From an uncultured Candidatus Sumerlaeota bacterium (GTDB taxonomy: Bacteria > Sumerlaeota > Sumerlaeia > SLMS01), in contig CAYTGM010000013.1 of the NCBI GenBank assembly GCA_964437365.1, positions 22,815 through 86,814 of the forward strand: DNA of 64,000 nucleotides, written 5' to 3'. Of this stretch, positions 28,229-38,079 are shown one piece after another. The stretch's first letter is position 1, and each line of letters starts with the position of its first letter. The position numbers and the translations under genes are program-made. Under the pieces are notes generated by a model that was given only the letters and a program-made list of their open reading frames with translations, did no database searches and was not told the DNA's origin.

Positions 28229-29424
28229 ATGGCGAAACCGGGCATGGTGTCTTGAAACAATTCAGCAAGAACAAAATCGTTTGTTTCTCAACCGCCGACT
28301 GGGACACGCTCCTGCCGACAAACAAGCATCAGTTAATGACGCGGTTCGCAAAAATGCAGAACCGCGTACTTTTTATTGAAACGCTTGGCACACGAAAACC
28401 GAGAGCAACTTCTTCAACTGACATTAGACGGATCTTCAATCGATTCAGCAGAGGCTTTGAAGGACCGGTAAAGAGAAGAAAGAACCTCTATACTCTCTCT
28501 CCGATCGTCTCTCCTGACTGGTCCTCAAAACCCAGGATAACACTCAACAGGAAGATCTTCAAGTTACAACTCGGAAGAACACTTCAACAGTATAGACAAA
28601 GCATTGTATGGTGCTATAACCCCTATGCTGTCTATCTTCTTGATTATTTCCGACCTGAAAAAATCGTCTATCATATGGTTGATGATTTAGCAGAGGTACC
28701 CGGAGCTGACAAACTTGCACTGAAGGAAGCCGAAGCTCAATTACTTGCGAAAGCAGATATGGTTTTTTGCACCGAGCGTTCGCTTTATGACCGGGCGAAG
28801 CGTATAACAGATTCATGTATGCACTTGCCAAATGTCGCGGATTTTCGCCACTTCTCTCGTATTAACTCAGAATTAAAAACAACCCTCCTCGCTCGCCTTG
28901 AGGCATTACCTCGACCTAGAATTGTTTTTTCAGGCAACCTCGCACCCCATAAAGTGGACTTCGATCTATTACTTAAGGTGGCTCAGAGCAGGCCTGAATG
29001 GAATCTGGTGCTGATGGGGCCTTTGTGGGAGGGGTCCGAGGTTCCTCGGAGTGTTCAAAGATTGAAAGAAAAAAGAAATGTGATCCTGACAGGGCATATT
29101 CCGTATAGAGATTTGCCGACATATTTGCATACGGGAGATGTACTTGTTATTCCATACCTGCTGAACGACGTGACTCGTGCTGTTTCACCGCTCAAGCTCT
29201 TCGAATACCTTGGAACAGGAAAACCTGTCGTTTCAACTCCCCTGCCCTCGGTCCTTCCTTACGGCGCGGCGATTAGCGTGGCAGAAGGACCAGACGAGTG
29301 GATCAGATCGATCGAACAGAGTCTGGTCCACAATCATCGCCTTGAGCTTCAGAGGCGTGCACTGGCCAAACGTCATACCTGGGAAAGACGAATCCATGAA
29401 ATGACCGAAGCACTTCGAGACTAA
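28225..29424 (+). CDS. GT-B glycosyltransferase (GT4-like)
   Basis: YHMVDD, HLPNVADF and SPLKLFEYLGTGKPVVST motifs. Confidence 0.88.
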   Translation: MNGETGHGVLKQFSKNKIVCFSTADWDTLLPTNKHQLMTRFAKMQNRVLFIETLGTRKPRATSSTDIRRIFNRFSRGFEGPVKRRKNLYTLSPIVSPDWSSKPRITLNRKIFKLQLGRTLQQYRQSIVWCYNPYAVYLLDYFRPEKIVYHMVDDLAEVPGADKLALKEAEAQLLAKADMVFCTERSLYDRAKRITDSCMHLPNVADFRHFSRINSELKTTLLARLEALPRPRIVFSGNLAPHKVDFDLLLKVAQSRPEWNLVLMGPLWEGSEVPRSVQRLKEKRNVILTGHIPYRDLPTYLHTGDVLVIPYLLNDVTRAVSPLKLFEYLGTGKPVVSTPLPSVLPYGAAISVAEGPDEWIRSIEQSLVHNHRLELQRRALAKRHTWERRIHEMTEALRD

Positions 29425-30773
29425 TTGCCAATCGCGCGATAAACAGGCTTTTCCGGGAGCTTCAGATTGATCGGTTCAGCGTTTGAAATGAAGGTTCGAA
29501 TTTCCATCGGATCGGGAATTTTTTCAGGTGGTATACCGCGCATATTCGAAATTACTTTGTGAGACCCAGCTTCTCTCAGGAGCTGCGTGACGTTGGCTTT
29601 TGCGATCTCAATCATTGCTCTTCGCATGGTCGGAAGAGCAGATTCAAAGGTCATTCCTGTAGCCTCTCGCTTCTCCACAATCTTCACAACATGAATCGAC
29701 GATATCACGATATCGCCTGATTTAAGGCGCTTTTTCTGGAGCAATACATCGCTTGTCTCCCCTAGCTCAAGATCCCTTGCACGGTGCTCAACGAGCTTCG
29801 GAAGATGCCCCTCGTAGAATGTGAACCACCCGAGTTCATTGCCATATATCCCGTTTTGAAAGTCATTGTATTCCGGTCTAGAGAAGATTATTTCAGGTTC
29901 TTTACCATCTTTCAGCTCTTCTCTGACTTCTCCCGCCAACCTCCGCAAATCTCTTACTTCACTATCCGCCCTATCTTCAACGGCCGAGATCGTAAAGTGA
30001 GCAATTTTGAACTTTTCAGGTTCGTAGTACAAGTGAGGCTTATTATTATAGGCCGCTTCAAAATAATCTAAGTCGTAATTCAGATCAATATACTGATTCA
30101 AAAGCTTTTCTATCAGGAGCGCATCATACACGTAGCGCTCATAGTCTGCACGCTGCATCTTCATAGCTGACAAGAACTTTTCGACTTCTGTTTCAACGAG
30201 CTGATTCTGTGTTTCAGCTTCTCTCAGTCTGGCTCGAAACTCGGAATCTGAAATAATGATTCCTTGTCTTCTGGCCTCATCGGCAAGCATCGAGTGATTA
30301 ATCCAGTCATATAGCGCTTCTTCTTCAGCTCGCCGAATCACACGCTCCAGCTGAACCTTCTGCTCTTCAAGAACCATCTCATCCTCGAATTCACTATAGA
30401 GCGGGGGAACAGCAAGCTCCTCTGTCTGTCCACTCTCAAATTCAGCAACGATACCTCCATATTGAGCCTGAACCTCTTGAACAAGATCATCGTATCTTCT
30501 GGAAACGCGCACATTAATTTCTTCCAGAGTCAATACGCGAGCATTCACGATGGCTACAATGACTTGCGATGGATCTACGACTTCTTGAGATGGCTTTGGA
30601 ACTAACACGTTCTCTTCAAGTTCTTCAGGTTTTTTGCCAGTTCTAACCTGAACCTGGCCTTCATCCTCTTCGAGAATGAGTTCAAATTCATCGTCCTGTC
30701 CGAAAACAAATGAACTGCTAAGAAAGCAAAACAGGGTAAAGGCAACGAATGATCTACTGATCTTTAAAGTCAT
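29421..30773 (-). CDS. Exported SurA/PrsA-like parvulin peptidyl-prolyl isomerase
   Basis: Signal peptide, VAIVNARVLT, LLIEKLL, GNELGWF, GETSDV, HVVKIVEK. Start set at ATG 30773. Confidence 0.75.
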   Translation of the reverse strand: MTLKISRSFVAFTLFCFLSSSFVFGQDDEFELILEEDEGQVQVRTGKKPEELEENVLVPKPSQEVVDPSQVIVAIVNARVLTLEEINVRVSRRYDDLVQEVQAQYGGIVAEFESGQTEELAVPPLYSEFEDEMVLEEQKVQLERVIRRAEEEALYDWINHSMLADEARRQGIIISDSEFRARLREAETQNQLVETEVEKFLSAMKMQRADYERYVYDALLIEKLLNQYIDLNYDLDYFEAAYNNKPHLYYEPEKFKIAHFTISAVEDRADSEVRDLRRLAGEVREELKDGKEPEIIFSRPEYNDFQNGIYGNELGWFTFYEGHLPKLVEHRARDLELGETSDVLLQKKRLKSGDIVISSIHVVKIVEKREATGMTFESALPTMRRAMIEIAKANVTQLLREAGSHKVISNMRGIPPEKIPDPMEIRTFISNAEPINLKLPEKPVYRAIGN

Positions 30774-31032
30774 GAACTGCAACCGTCCTCTCTGATGAAC
30801 TTTGCTTCTCAAGTTAAGGTACTGATTGGCAAGCCGTAATCACCGAGGCATCTCTAAAATGTTCCAGCTGAAGGCTGGATTGACGTGACTCTGATCAATC
30901 GCAAATTGTTTGTTTATCAAACAATCGCCTGAAAAACGATCTCGACCCTTGACAGGGCAGCCGATGAAGGGTTGTTAAAGGTCCAAGAGCATTACAGGAA
31001 GACTCTAGTGCTCTTACCACATAGTGATTACC

Positions 31033-31252
31033 GGCTGTGATGTGGACTAGTAGGGTATGTTTGCTGATCCAGAGAGAAAGATCCCTTTAGGCTGTGAGGA
31101 TCTGATAGTATCTTCCCGAACTGACCACTGAGCCTCGGATGCGAAAAGGGAATTACCCCTGAGTAGAGTTTGACGGGTTGGCCCCCTCCGTAAACGGGGA
31201 ATTAAAGTAATAAATCGGGGTGGTAACGCGCCCGTTTGAAAAAGCGCCCCCG
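31033..31252 (+). promoter_or_regulatory. T-box riboswitch, Leu specifier (CUG)
   Basis: Stem I with AGUA/GAA loop-E, AGAGA bulge and GCUGUGA distal loop; specifier GAA-CUG-A at 31121-31123; T-box GGGG-UGGU-AAC-GCG at 31217-31230; antiterminator pairs with 31244-31252. Confidence 0.92.
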
Positions 31253-31298
31253 GTAGATCGGATAAATCCCACTGATCTATCGGGGGATATTTATTTTT
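31247..31298 (+). terminator. Intrinsic terminator of the T-box leader
   Basis: CCCCCGGTAGATCGG ... CTGATCTATCGGGGG stem followed by a T-rich tract; its 5' arm overlaps the antiterminator. Confidence 0.85.
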
Positions 31299-31345
31299 AT
31301 CCGTTCAACTTGAAGGAATGGAAACCTACAAACAGGAGGCCAAAA

Positions 31346-32941
31346 ATGGCAACCCAGGATCAAGTCTTGATCTTCGACACCACATTGCGCGACGGCGAAC
31401 AGTCACCAGGATGCAGCATGACTCTCAAAGAGAAGCTGGAAGTAGGCAGGCAGCTAGCCCGACTCGGTGTCGATGTGATCGAGGCAGGTTTTCCGATCAG
31501 CTCTCAAGGAGACTTTGAGAGTGTCCGGGAAATAGCAAATACCGTAGGCAATATGGTTGTTGGTGATCTCGAGCCTCCGATTATAGCAGGCCTCGCAAGA
31601 GCCAAGGAACTTGATATCGATCGGTGTGCAGACGCCGTTAAGGGAGCTAAGCGCCCTCGTATACACACCTTCATTGCAACTTCACCTATCCATCGAGAAC
31701 ACAAGCTTCGCATGTCTCGTGATCAGGTGATTGATATGGCTGTTAAAGCTGTGAAAATGGCCAAAGATCGTATCGATGATGTCGAATTTTCACTCGAAGA
31801 CGCCGGTCGGACAGAGTTCGACTTCATGGTTGAAGTGACCCAGGCTGCAATTGAAGCGGGAGCAACGACTATCAATATACCAGATACCGTTGGATATTGT
31901 CAGCCCAGTCAATACTCTGAAAGAATCAAGCACCTTTTTGAGAACGTATCAAATATAGACAAAGCCGTCATCAGTGTCCATTGCCATAATGACCTCGGAC
32001 TTGCCGTCGCAAACTCCCTTGCTGCGGTTCAAGAAGGTGCACGCCAGGTTGAATGCACCATCAATGGCATTGGCGAAAGAGCTGGCAACACGTCTCTTGA
32101 AGAAATTGTCATGAACCTGAAAGTCAGAAGAGATTATTTTGGCTTGGATACACGGATTAAGACGAACGAAATTTACCCAACCTCTCGCATCGTCACACAA
32201 GTGACAGGGTCGCGGGTCCAGGCGAATAAGGCGATCGTTGGGGCGAATGCCTTTGCTCACGAATCGGGAATTCACCAGGACGGCATGCTTAAGTCCAAAG
32301 AGACTTATGAAATCATGACTCCAGAATCTGTTGGCTGGAAAGGTGAGAACCTCGTCATGGGGAAACATTCAGGGCGTCATGCTTTCACGCGCCGCCTCGC
32401 CAGTCTTGGATATGAACTTGAAGGGGAAAACCTCGAAAAGGCATTTACTCGCTTCAAGGAACTTGCCGATAAGAAGAAAGAGGTCTTTGACGACGATCTA
32501 GTAGCAATCGCTGGGGAGATCCTTTTCAAAGAAAATCAGCAAAGCTGGGACCTCGCCTATATGCAAGTAACAACGGGAACCACGGCGCTTCCTACTGCTA
32601 CAGTAAAACTGACTTACAACGAAGAAGAATTTGTCGATGCGGCAATGGGAGATGGCCCTGTAGATGCCGTCTTCCGAGCTATTGATCGCATCACAGCGAA
32701 TCCTCTTAAGGTTCACAAATACTCGATCGAAGCAGTTACAGAGGGACAGGATGCTCTCGGCCGCGTCACCCTTGAGGTAACACGTGAGGAAAATGAGAAA
32801 CATAAGGTAAAGGGCCGTGGCGTCTCCACCGACGTAGTTCTTGCATCAGCGAAAGCCTACGTGAATGCACTCAACGCACTGGACAGGCTCGAAAAAATGA
32901 AAGAATCTGACCAGAAGGAACTCATCGAGGATACGCCTTAA
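31346..32941 (+). CDS. leuA: 2-isopropylmalate synthase
   Basis: IFDTTLRDGEQ, SVHCHNDLG, GIGERAGN, HESGIHQDG and the regulatory domain. Start ATG 31346 follows AGGAGG. Confidence 0.96.
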   Translation: MATQDQVLIFDTTLRDGEQSPGCSMTLKEKLEVGRQLARLGVDVIEAGFPISSQGDFESVREIANTVGNMVVGDLEPPIIAGLARAKELDIDRCADAVKGAKRPRIHTFIATSPIHREHKLRMSRDQVIDMAVKAVKMAKDRIDDVEFSLEDAGRTEFDFMVEVTQAAIEAGATTINIPDTVGYCQPSQYSERIKHLFENVSNIDKAVISVHCHNDLGLAVANSLAAVQEGARQVECTINGIGERAGNTSLEEIVMNLKVRRDYFGLDTRIKTNEIYPTSRIVTQVTGSRVQANKAIVGANAFAHESGIHQDGMLKSKETYEIMTPESVGWKGENLVMGKHSGRHAFTRRLASLGYELEGENLEKAFTRFKELADKKKEVFDDDLVAIAGEILFKENQQSWDLAYMQVTTGTTALPTATVKLTYNEEEFVDAAMGDGPVDAVFRAIDRITANPLKVHKYSIEAVTEGQDALGRVTLEVTREENEKHKVKGRGVSTDVVLASAKAYVNALNALDRLEKMKESDQKELIEDTP

Positions 32942-32963
32942 CCCTCTGACGATTTAGCTCATT

Positions 32964-32996
32964 GAGGTCGGTAGTTATAAATTAGCTACCGACCTC
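32964..32996. terminator. Hairpin / probable terminator after leuA
   Basis: GAGGTCGGTAGTTA-TAAAT-TAGCTACCGACCTC; no clear U-tract. Confidence 0.65.
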
Positions 32997-33027
32997 GTCT
33001 ATACTCAAAATAGACGGGGGAATTAAA

Positions 33028-34134
33028 ATTCAAACTGTAAATTGTGCTATACTAGGCGGAGGTGTCATTGGACTCAGTATCGCCCTGCACCTGAAAGACC
33101 TCCGACCGAACGATCGAATTGTTGTTTTCGACACACCCAACAAACCGGGAATCGCTTCAAAAGCGGCAGCTGGGATGCTTGCTCCCTATGCAGAGTTCAA
33201 AGAAGATTCTGAGCTTTTTGCATTAGCTCGTGAAGGTCTAGAGTACTTCGAGTCATTTCTTTCTCACTTTGGTCTCAATGATTCCTCACAGGGACCAGAA
33301 TTATTAAACACGGGTATGCTTGTTCCAGCTGTGGGACTTCATAAAGAGAGGGCCGAACGTATTCTGGAAACCTCCAGCAAATACGTGAAGGTCGAAAAAC
33401 TTACCGCTGAAGATATTAAACAGGAAGATCCAAACGTATCTTTACCAGGATCTGGAGAATGCTACCGAGTGCCGGGTTGCGTTATCGATCCAAGAAAACT
33501 ACATAAAGCTCTGACCCGAAAAGCTCAAGATTCTTCTATAGAAATCTATAACGACAGAGTGAAGAGAGTAAGCTACAGCGAAGACGGCTGTGAACTAAGT
33601 ACAGAATCAAAACGAGAGATAAAGTCTGAGCACCTCGTTGTTGCAATCGGAGCCTGGTCAAGAGCTGTCGGAGACCTGGTAGGCCTTGAACTGGATGTCG
33701 TGCCCGTTAAAGGCCAGGTTGCTCGTTTTCAGGTTCCCGATGGCACTTTACACCATGTTGTTCACACCCACGAAGTCTATCTAGCTCCCAGACCTGGCGC
33801 CGGCATCATTATCGGGGCTACAGTTGAGGACGTTGGGTTTAACGATGAAATTGTGAATGAAGAGATCAACAAACTTCACCAATCTGCCCAGGCGTTTATG
33901 CCATCTCTAGCAGAGCTCTCAGCCTCAGAGACCTGGTGCGGCTTCCGACCGAAGCTTCCAGATGGCTATCCGGCTCTCGGGTGTTCACCATCGAATCCAA
34001 ACTTATGGCTGGCAACAGGACATTATCGCAACGGTATCCTTCTTTCAGCTATTTCAGGCAAAATTATGGCTGAAAAAATTGTGTCTGGATCCAGCTCCTC
34101 TTACTCCGCCTTTAATCCCGCCAGACTTTTCTGA
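33028..34134 (+). CDS. FAD-dependent glycine oxidase (ThiO/DadA-like); inferred non-canonical ATT start
   Basis: Frame upstream of the ORF-track start reads QTVNCAILGGGVIGLSIA; ASKAAAGML, PVKGQ, WCGFRP, TGHYRNGILL. No in-frame ATG/GTG/TTG before the Rossmann motif. Confidence 0.8.
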   Translation: MQTVNCAILGGGVIGLSIALHLKDLRPNDRIVVFDTPNKPGIASKAAAGMLAPYAEFKEDSELFALAREGLEYFESFLSHFGLNDSSQGPELLNTGMLVPAVGLHKERAERILETSSKYVKVEKLTAEDIKQEDPNVSLPGSGECYRVPGCVIDPRKLHKALTRKAQDSSIEIYNDRVKRVSYSEDGCELSTESKREIKSEHLVVAIGAWSRAVGDLVGLELDVVPVKGQVARFQVPDGTLHHVVHTHEVYLAPRPGAGIIIGATVEDVGFNDEIVNEEINKLHQSAQAFMPSLAELSASETWCGFRPKLPDGYPALGCSPSNPNLWLATGHYRNGILLSAISGKIMAEKIVSGSSSSYSAFNPARLF

Positions 34135-34198
34135 GCTGTGCGCGCGTCTTGCTCTGCATATTTTATAGCGCCAAATAGTTCCAATTGAGAGGATCTTT

Positions 34199-34573
34199 AT
34201 GCGAAAAGCACTAAATGTATTCGGCGAAGAATTGAAACCGTGTGGAACCGATCCTATGACTGGTTTCTATCGCGATGGATGTTGTAATACAGGAAGTGAA
34301 GACGCCGGAGCTCATATCGTTTGCGCAGTTATGACAGAAGAGTTTCTTGAGTTTTCGAAAATGAAAGGAAATGACCTTTCTACTCCCCGACTCGAATACC
34401 TCTTTCCAGGTCTAGTCCCCGGTGACAGGTGGTGTCTCTGTGCTCTCCGCTGGTTGGAAGCTTACGAAGCTGGCGCTGCCCCCGAAGTTGTTCTTGAATC
34501 CACACATATTGCAACATTGGAATTTGTCAGTCTGAAAGTCCTTAAGGAATTCGAAGCTCAGCAGAAAAATTAA
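34199..34573 (+). CDS. DUF2237 family protein
   Basis: LNVFGEELKPCGTDPMTGFYRDGCC and PGDRWCLCALRW. Confidence 0.88.
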   Translation: MRKALNVFGEELKPCGTDPMTGFYRDGCCNTGSEDAGAHIVCAVMTEEFLEFSKMKGNDLSTPRLEYLFPGLVPGDRWCLCALRWLEAYEAGAAPEVVLESTHIATLEFVSLKVLKEFEAQQKN

Positions 34574-35589
34574 GTGGGGAAGTCGTCTCCGACAACAAGA
34601 CTTACAGCTCTTTCATGAATCTCAAGCTTGAGCTCGCTGGCTTCAAATGGCTCGCCATCAAGATTCACGGCAATAACGGCTTCTGATGTAAGATGGAACC
34701 AGCTGGATTGTTCCCTCACAAGCAACGGCTCGATTTCAAGCAGTCTTGAATCCATCACTTCTGCTGCTTTCCTCTCATGCTCACCGAGAGGTGCTCGAAT
34801 GAATGCAAGGTCAATCAAACCATCATTGAGTCTCGCCTCGGGTGCCACTGGCAACCCGCCAGAAGCTGTTCTTCCATTCATGAACGCCGCCCCAATGAAT
34901 TCCCCTTCCCATGAGAAGTTCTCACCTCGGATTTTGGCCTCAATGGGTTCAATATTTCCAACAGCTCGAATACCTGAAAGAAAATAAGCGAACCGACCGA
35001 GTGAATCCTTTCTTCCACGATCCGTGGAAGCTGTAATCTCTGCACCTGCCCCCAATGAGCATGAGTTCACAAAGACACCAAGATTCGAGGAGATCAAGTC
35101 CAGTGATGCCGCCTTGTTGTTAAGTGCCACTTTAAAGCATAGCGCTAAGTCGTTTGTTATCAGACCCAAGGAGCGGGCGAGATCGTTTCCTGTTCCGATT
35201 GGGAGGAGGGCCAGTTCTATTTGTGAAAGCAAATCGTTCTGATGAAGTATCCTGACGGCTTGATGAATCGTGCCATCTCCCCCCGCAATGATGAGTCGCC
35301 GATTTTCCGCGTCTCCTGCGAGCGACTTAAGAATCTCGCCAAAATGCCCCAAACTACTGGATTTAATGAGGTTAACCCCAGCCCCTTCGCGACCAACCTG
35401 GTCACACAACGAAGCTACCTCATCCAGCCTGTCATGAGACTCAGCGATCAAGACCCTTAAATTGCCCTTTTCACCTAAGTTTCCAGCTTCCACCTGAAGA
35501 TGATTCCTTTCCAATTTGCTCAAAACCTTCCAACCCGAAAGCCACGAAGTTGTCAAAAACAGCATTCTGAACGATTGACAGACTGCCAC
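34570..35589 (-). CDS. YegS/DAGK-family lipid kinase (start uncertain)
   Basis: IAGGDGT, LPIGTGNDLAR, NGRTASGG, DGLIDL, NLDGE. Confidence 0.85.
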   Translation of the reverse strand: MAVCQSFRMLFLTTSWLSGWKVLSKLERNHLQVEAGNLGEKGNLRVLIAESHDRLDEVASLCDQVGREGAGVNLIKSSSLGHFGEILKSLAGDAENRRLIIAGGDGTIHQAVRILHQNDLLSQIELALLPIGTGNDLARSLGLITNDLALCFKVALNNKAASLDLISSNLGVFVNSCSLGAGAEITASTDRGRKDSLGRFAYFLSGIRAVGNIEPIEAKIRGENFSWEGEFIGAAFMNGRTASGGLPVAPEARLNDGLIDLAFIRAPLGEHERKAAEVMDSRLLEIEPLLVREQSSWFHLTSEAVIAVNLDGEPFEASELKLEIHERAVSLVVGDDFPT

Positions 35590-35729
35590 CTATTGAAGTT
35601 ATTGATCGGTGTCTGTGGCTGAAGATTATCAGAGTGAAGCGAATCAGCGCAATGCCACTCATCGTTGTATAACAACAGAGCTGTAAGGAAAGACCGGCTC
35701 TGATCAGAGACTATCGGGATTGATTGTAC

Positions 35730-36350
35730 ATGGCAGATAACAAAAAGGTCTTAAGGAAGGGAAGACGCATCTTTCTGAGGAGATTCTTAAGAAACCCGGG
35801 TCGTGTTGCGTATCTCGTCCCTAGCTCGCCAATGCTGGTCAACGATGTCGTTGGTGAAATGGACCTGACCAAGCCGAGAATTATCGCTGAGTTTGGCCCT
35901 GGAGAAGGTTGTCACACGCGAGAGATTTTGAAGCGAGCTCATCCGGAAACTCGTATCATTCTCTTTGAGCTCGACCGTGAACTTGCCGATTTTCTCAAAG
36001 ACCTTTTTGAGGATGAGCCGCGTGTACAGGTGCTGCACCGCAACTGTTGTGAAATTCTTGATGTGATGAGCGAGCTGGAAATAGAGGAATTCGATTATAT
36101 TTTCTCTGGTATACCTTTCAGCCTGATGGACAAACCCACCAAGCAGTCGTTAATGAGAGACGTTTATAAGGCCCTGAAACCCGGTTCACGTTTTGTCATT
36201 TATCAGGTAACCAATGAATTAGCCCGCTATGGTTCTCATTTTGATGAACTAAAGACCAAAAGATGCCTGTTGAACCTTCCTCCTATGGTTGTCACGTCTT
36301 ATTTAAAAAACGGGATTTCCAGCCTCCCGGAAGAGACAGCAGCAGGCTGA
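35730..36350 (+). CDS. Class I SAM-dependent methyltransferase, phospholipid N-methyltransferase-like
   Basis: FLRNPGRVAYLVPSS, EFGPGEG, SGIPFS, LNLPP. Confidence 0.82.
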   Translation: MADNKKVLRKGRRIFLRRFLRNPGRVAYLVPSSPMLVNDVVGEMDLTKPRIIAEFGPGEGCHTREILKRAHPETRIILFELDRELADFLKDLFEDEPRVQVLHRNCCEILDVMSELEIEEFDYIFSGIPFSLMDKPTKQSLMRDVYKALKPGSRFVIYQVTNELARYGSHFDELKTKRCLLNLPPMVVTSYLKNGISSLPEETAAG

Positions 36351-36423
36351 TCAACGCTGTATAGAACCAACTCTAAGTAAATGACAATTGACCCCTCGAA
36401 GCACTTGGGTCACCCTCTCACGC

Positions 36424-36604
36424 ATTGCTGGTATGCTTAGTTTCGACGAAGCATCTTGAGGGAATTCAGTGAAAATCTGAAACTGCCCCGCAGCGGTAAA
36501 CCGGAACGAACGTCGGAAGATACCACTGGAGATTGAAGGATTTCCGGGAAGGTTCGACAAGTAGGCTTTTTCTTCGCCGGTAAGTCCGAAGACCTGTCAG
36601 CAAT
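36424..36604 (+). promoter_or_regulatory. Cobalamin (B12) riboswitch
   Basis: AGGGAA, TTCAG-TGAAAAT-CTGAA (P4), ACTGCCCCGCAGCGGTAA, CCACTG, GGGAAGG and B12-box AAGTCCGAAGACCTG; P1 ATTGCTG/CAGCAAT. Confidence 0.93.
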
Positions 36605-36669
36605 ACTGAGCAGAACATTCCTCTGCCAGATAATCTATAGACTGCCTTCGAGGGAAAGGTCCGTCCCAC

Positions 36670-38079
36670 ATGAATGTCCCACGCGATCGAAATTATTCGA
36701 TCTGTAGAAACAAGTCTGTAACCATCAAACATGCGCAAGTCGTCTGCATATCCACATTTTTTACAGCCGTAACATGTCTGAACGTATCAGCACAGGAAAT
36801 AGACTTTTCTCCCCCTGAAGAGATACTCCCAGGATCCTCTGAAAACTATTTCATGCCGAGGAACCCAAGCAAGAGCCTCGTCGCCGACTCCAACGGACAG
36901 GCTCACTTCACCTACTGGGGTGGCATGGATGGTTTCACCGTCAATGATCAGACCTTTGTTCAATACCTGAAATTCACAAGTACCAGTGGCTGGGAGGCTC
37001 CGATAACTGTCAATGAAACAGCACTGGTGACGACTTCCTCCGGGACGGTGAGTTTCGAAGGGGCTCGCCATCCATCACTGGCCCTTGACGAAGCAGAATC
37101 CCCCTGGGTTGTCTGGCATGATAGACGGCACTGCAACATGGAAGCGCCCGGAAATGGTGTAGACAATTATGAAATCTATGTGAAGCCAATGGATGGAAGC
37201 GGAGGTTTCAGCGGCTCAGACATACGCATCACAGAGACTGCCACAGGAAACCTGTTTGATAATGGATATCAGGCAAAAGCAGCCATCGAACCAAATGGAC
37301 GTATATCTATCCTCTGGTATGATTTTCACTTCGAAGCTGAGATTTCAGACCTTTTTTTCCTGCGCTCCTCACTCTCAAAAGTCTTCCCTGACCCAACCGA
37401 CATGTCTTCCTATAGAATCACAAATTACAATGATCGAGGCGGCATGTCGGCGCCAGCATACTCCAACATCGATTTGACTTCACCTGAGGCAGACACTTAC
37501 GTAGCAACCTGGACCGAAGGGTTTCTTCCACCCTCCCCACTCTACGTTAGTGTTTTCTCAGAGACAACTTCCACCCTCAGCCCGACAGTAGTTGACGCTC
37601 AGACCGAATGTGGAGGTGAACCTGCGCGAACGACTGTTGGACCAGACGGAAGCACATGGATTGTCTACACACGCAGAGTTGGCGCCGAGCGAGACGTTTA
37701 TGCTGCAAGAGTCCGTCCCGGAAACACTTCCGCCGACTCTCCAATACAGCTGGCAGCAACCCCATCAGTTCGCGAGTCCTCCCCGGACATCGAAGTTGAC
37801 TCAGACAACAACCTTCACGTTGTCTGGAATGACCAGCGCTCGGGACAGCATATATACTATGGATACTTCTCTGGCGAGACAGGAGAGTTGATCGCTGAAA
37901 AACGGATCACTGAAACGTCTTCCACATGGACAAAGCCAGCCATCACAGTTCTTCAAGATGGGGAGATTCTAATTGTCTTCGAAGAAATCATCATTGCGAC
38001 CAGTACACATAAATTATGGTATGCTGAGGGAAGTCTTCAGCTACCAATGAGCGCTGAAGCGTGGAGGATGTATCCATGA
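36670..38079 (+). CDS. Secreted beta-propeller/BNR-like repeat protein
   Basis: Signal-like N-terminus (..NVSA-QE); repeats of P-x-hydrophobic-x-hydrophobic-D-x-x-G/N-x-x-hydrophobic-V-W (e.g. SPDIEVDSDNNLHVVWND); ends SAEAWRMYP. Confidence 0.7.
   Translation: MNVPRDRNYSICRNKSVTIKHAQVVCISTFFTAVTCLNVSAQEIDFSPPEEILPGSSENYFMPRNPSKSLVADSNGQAHFTYWGGMDGFTVNDQTFVQYLKFTSTSGWEAPITVNETALVTTSSGTVSFEGARHPSLALDEAESPWVVWHDRRHCNMEAPGNGVDNYEIYVKPMDGSGGFSGSDIRITETATGNLFDNGYQAKAAIEPNGRISILWYDFHFEAEISDLFFLRSSLSKVFPDPTDMSSYRITNYNDRGGMSAPAYSNIDLTSPEADTYVATWTEGFLPPSPLYVSVFSETTSTLSPTVVDAQTECGGEPARTTVGPDGSTWIVYTRRVGAERDVYAARVRPGNTSADSPIQLAATPSVRESSPDIEVDSDNNLHVVWNDQRSGQHIYYGYFSGETGELIAEKRITETSSTWTKPAITVLQDGEILIVFEEIIIATSTHKLWYAEGSLQLPMSAEAWRMYP

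Noticed and set aside
31220-31345. ORF-track N-terminal extension of leuA
   Set aside because: Lies within the T-box and terminator; ATG 31346 has a strong AGGAGG.
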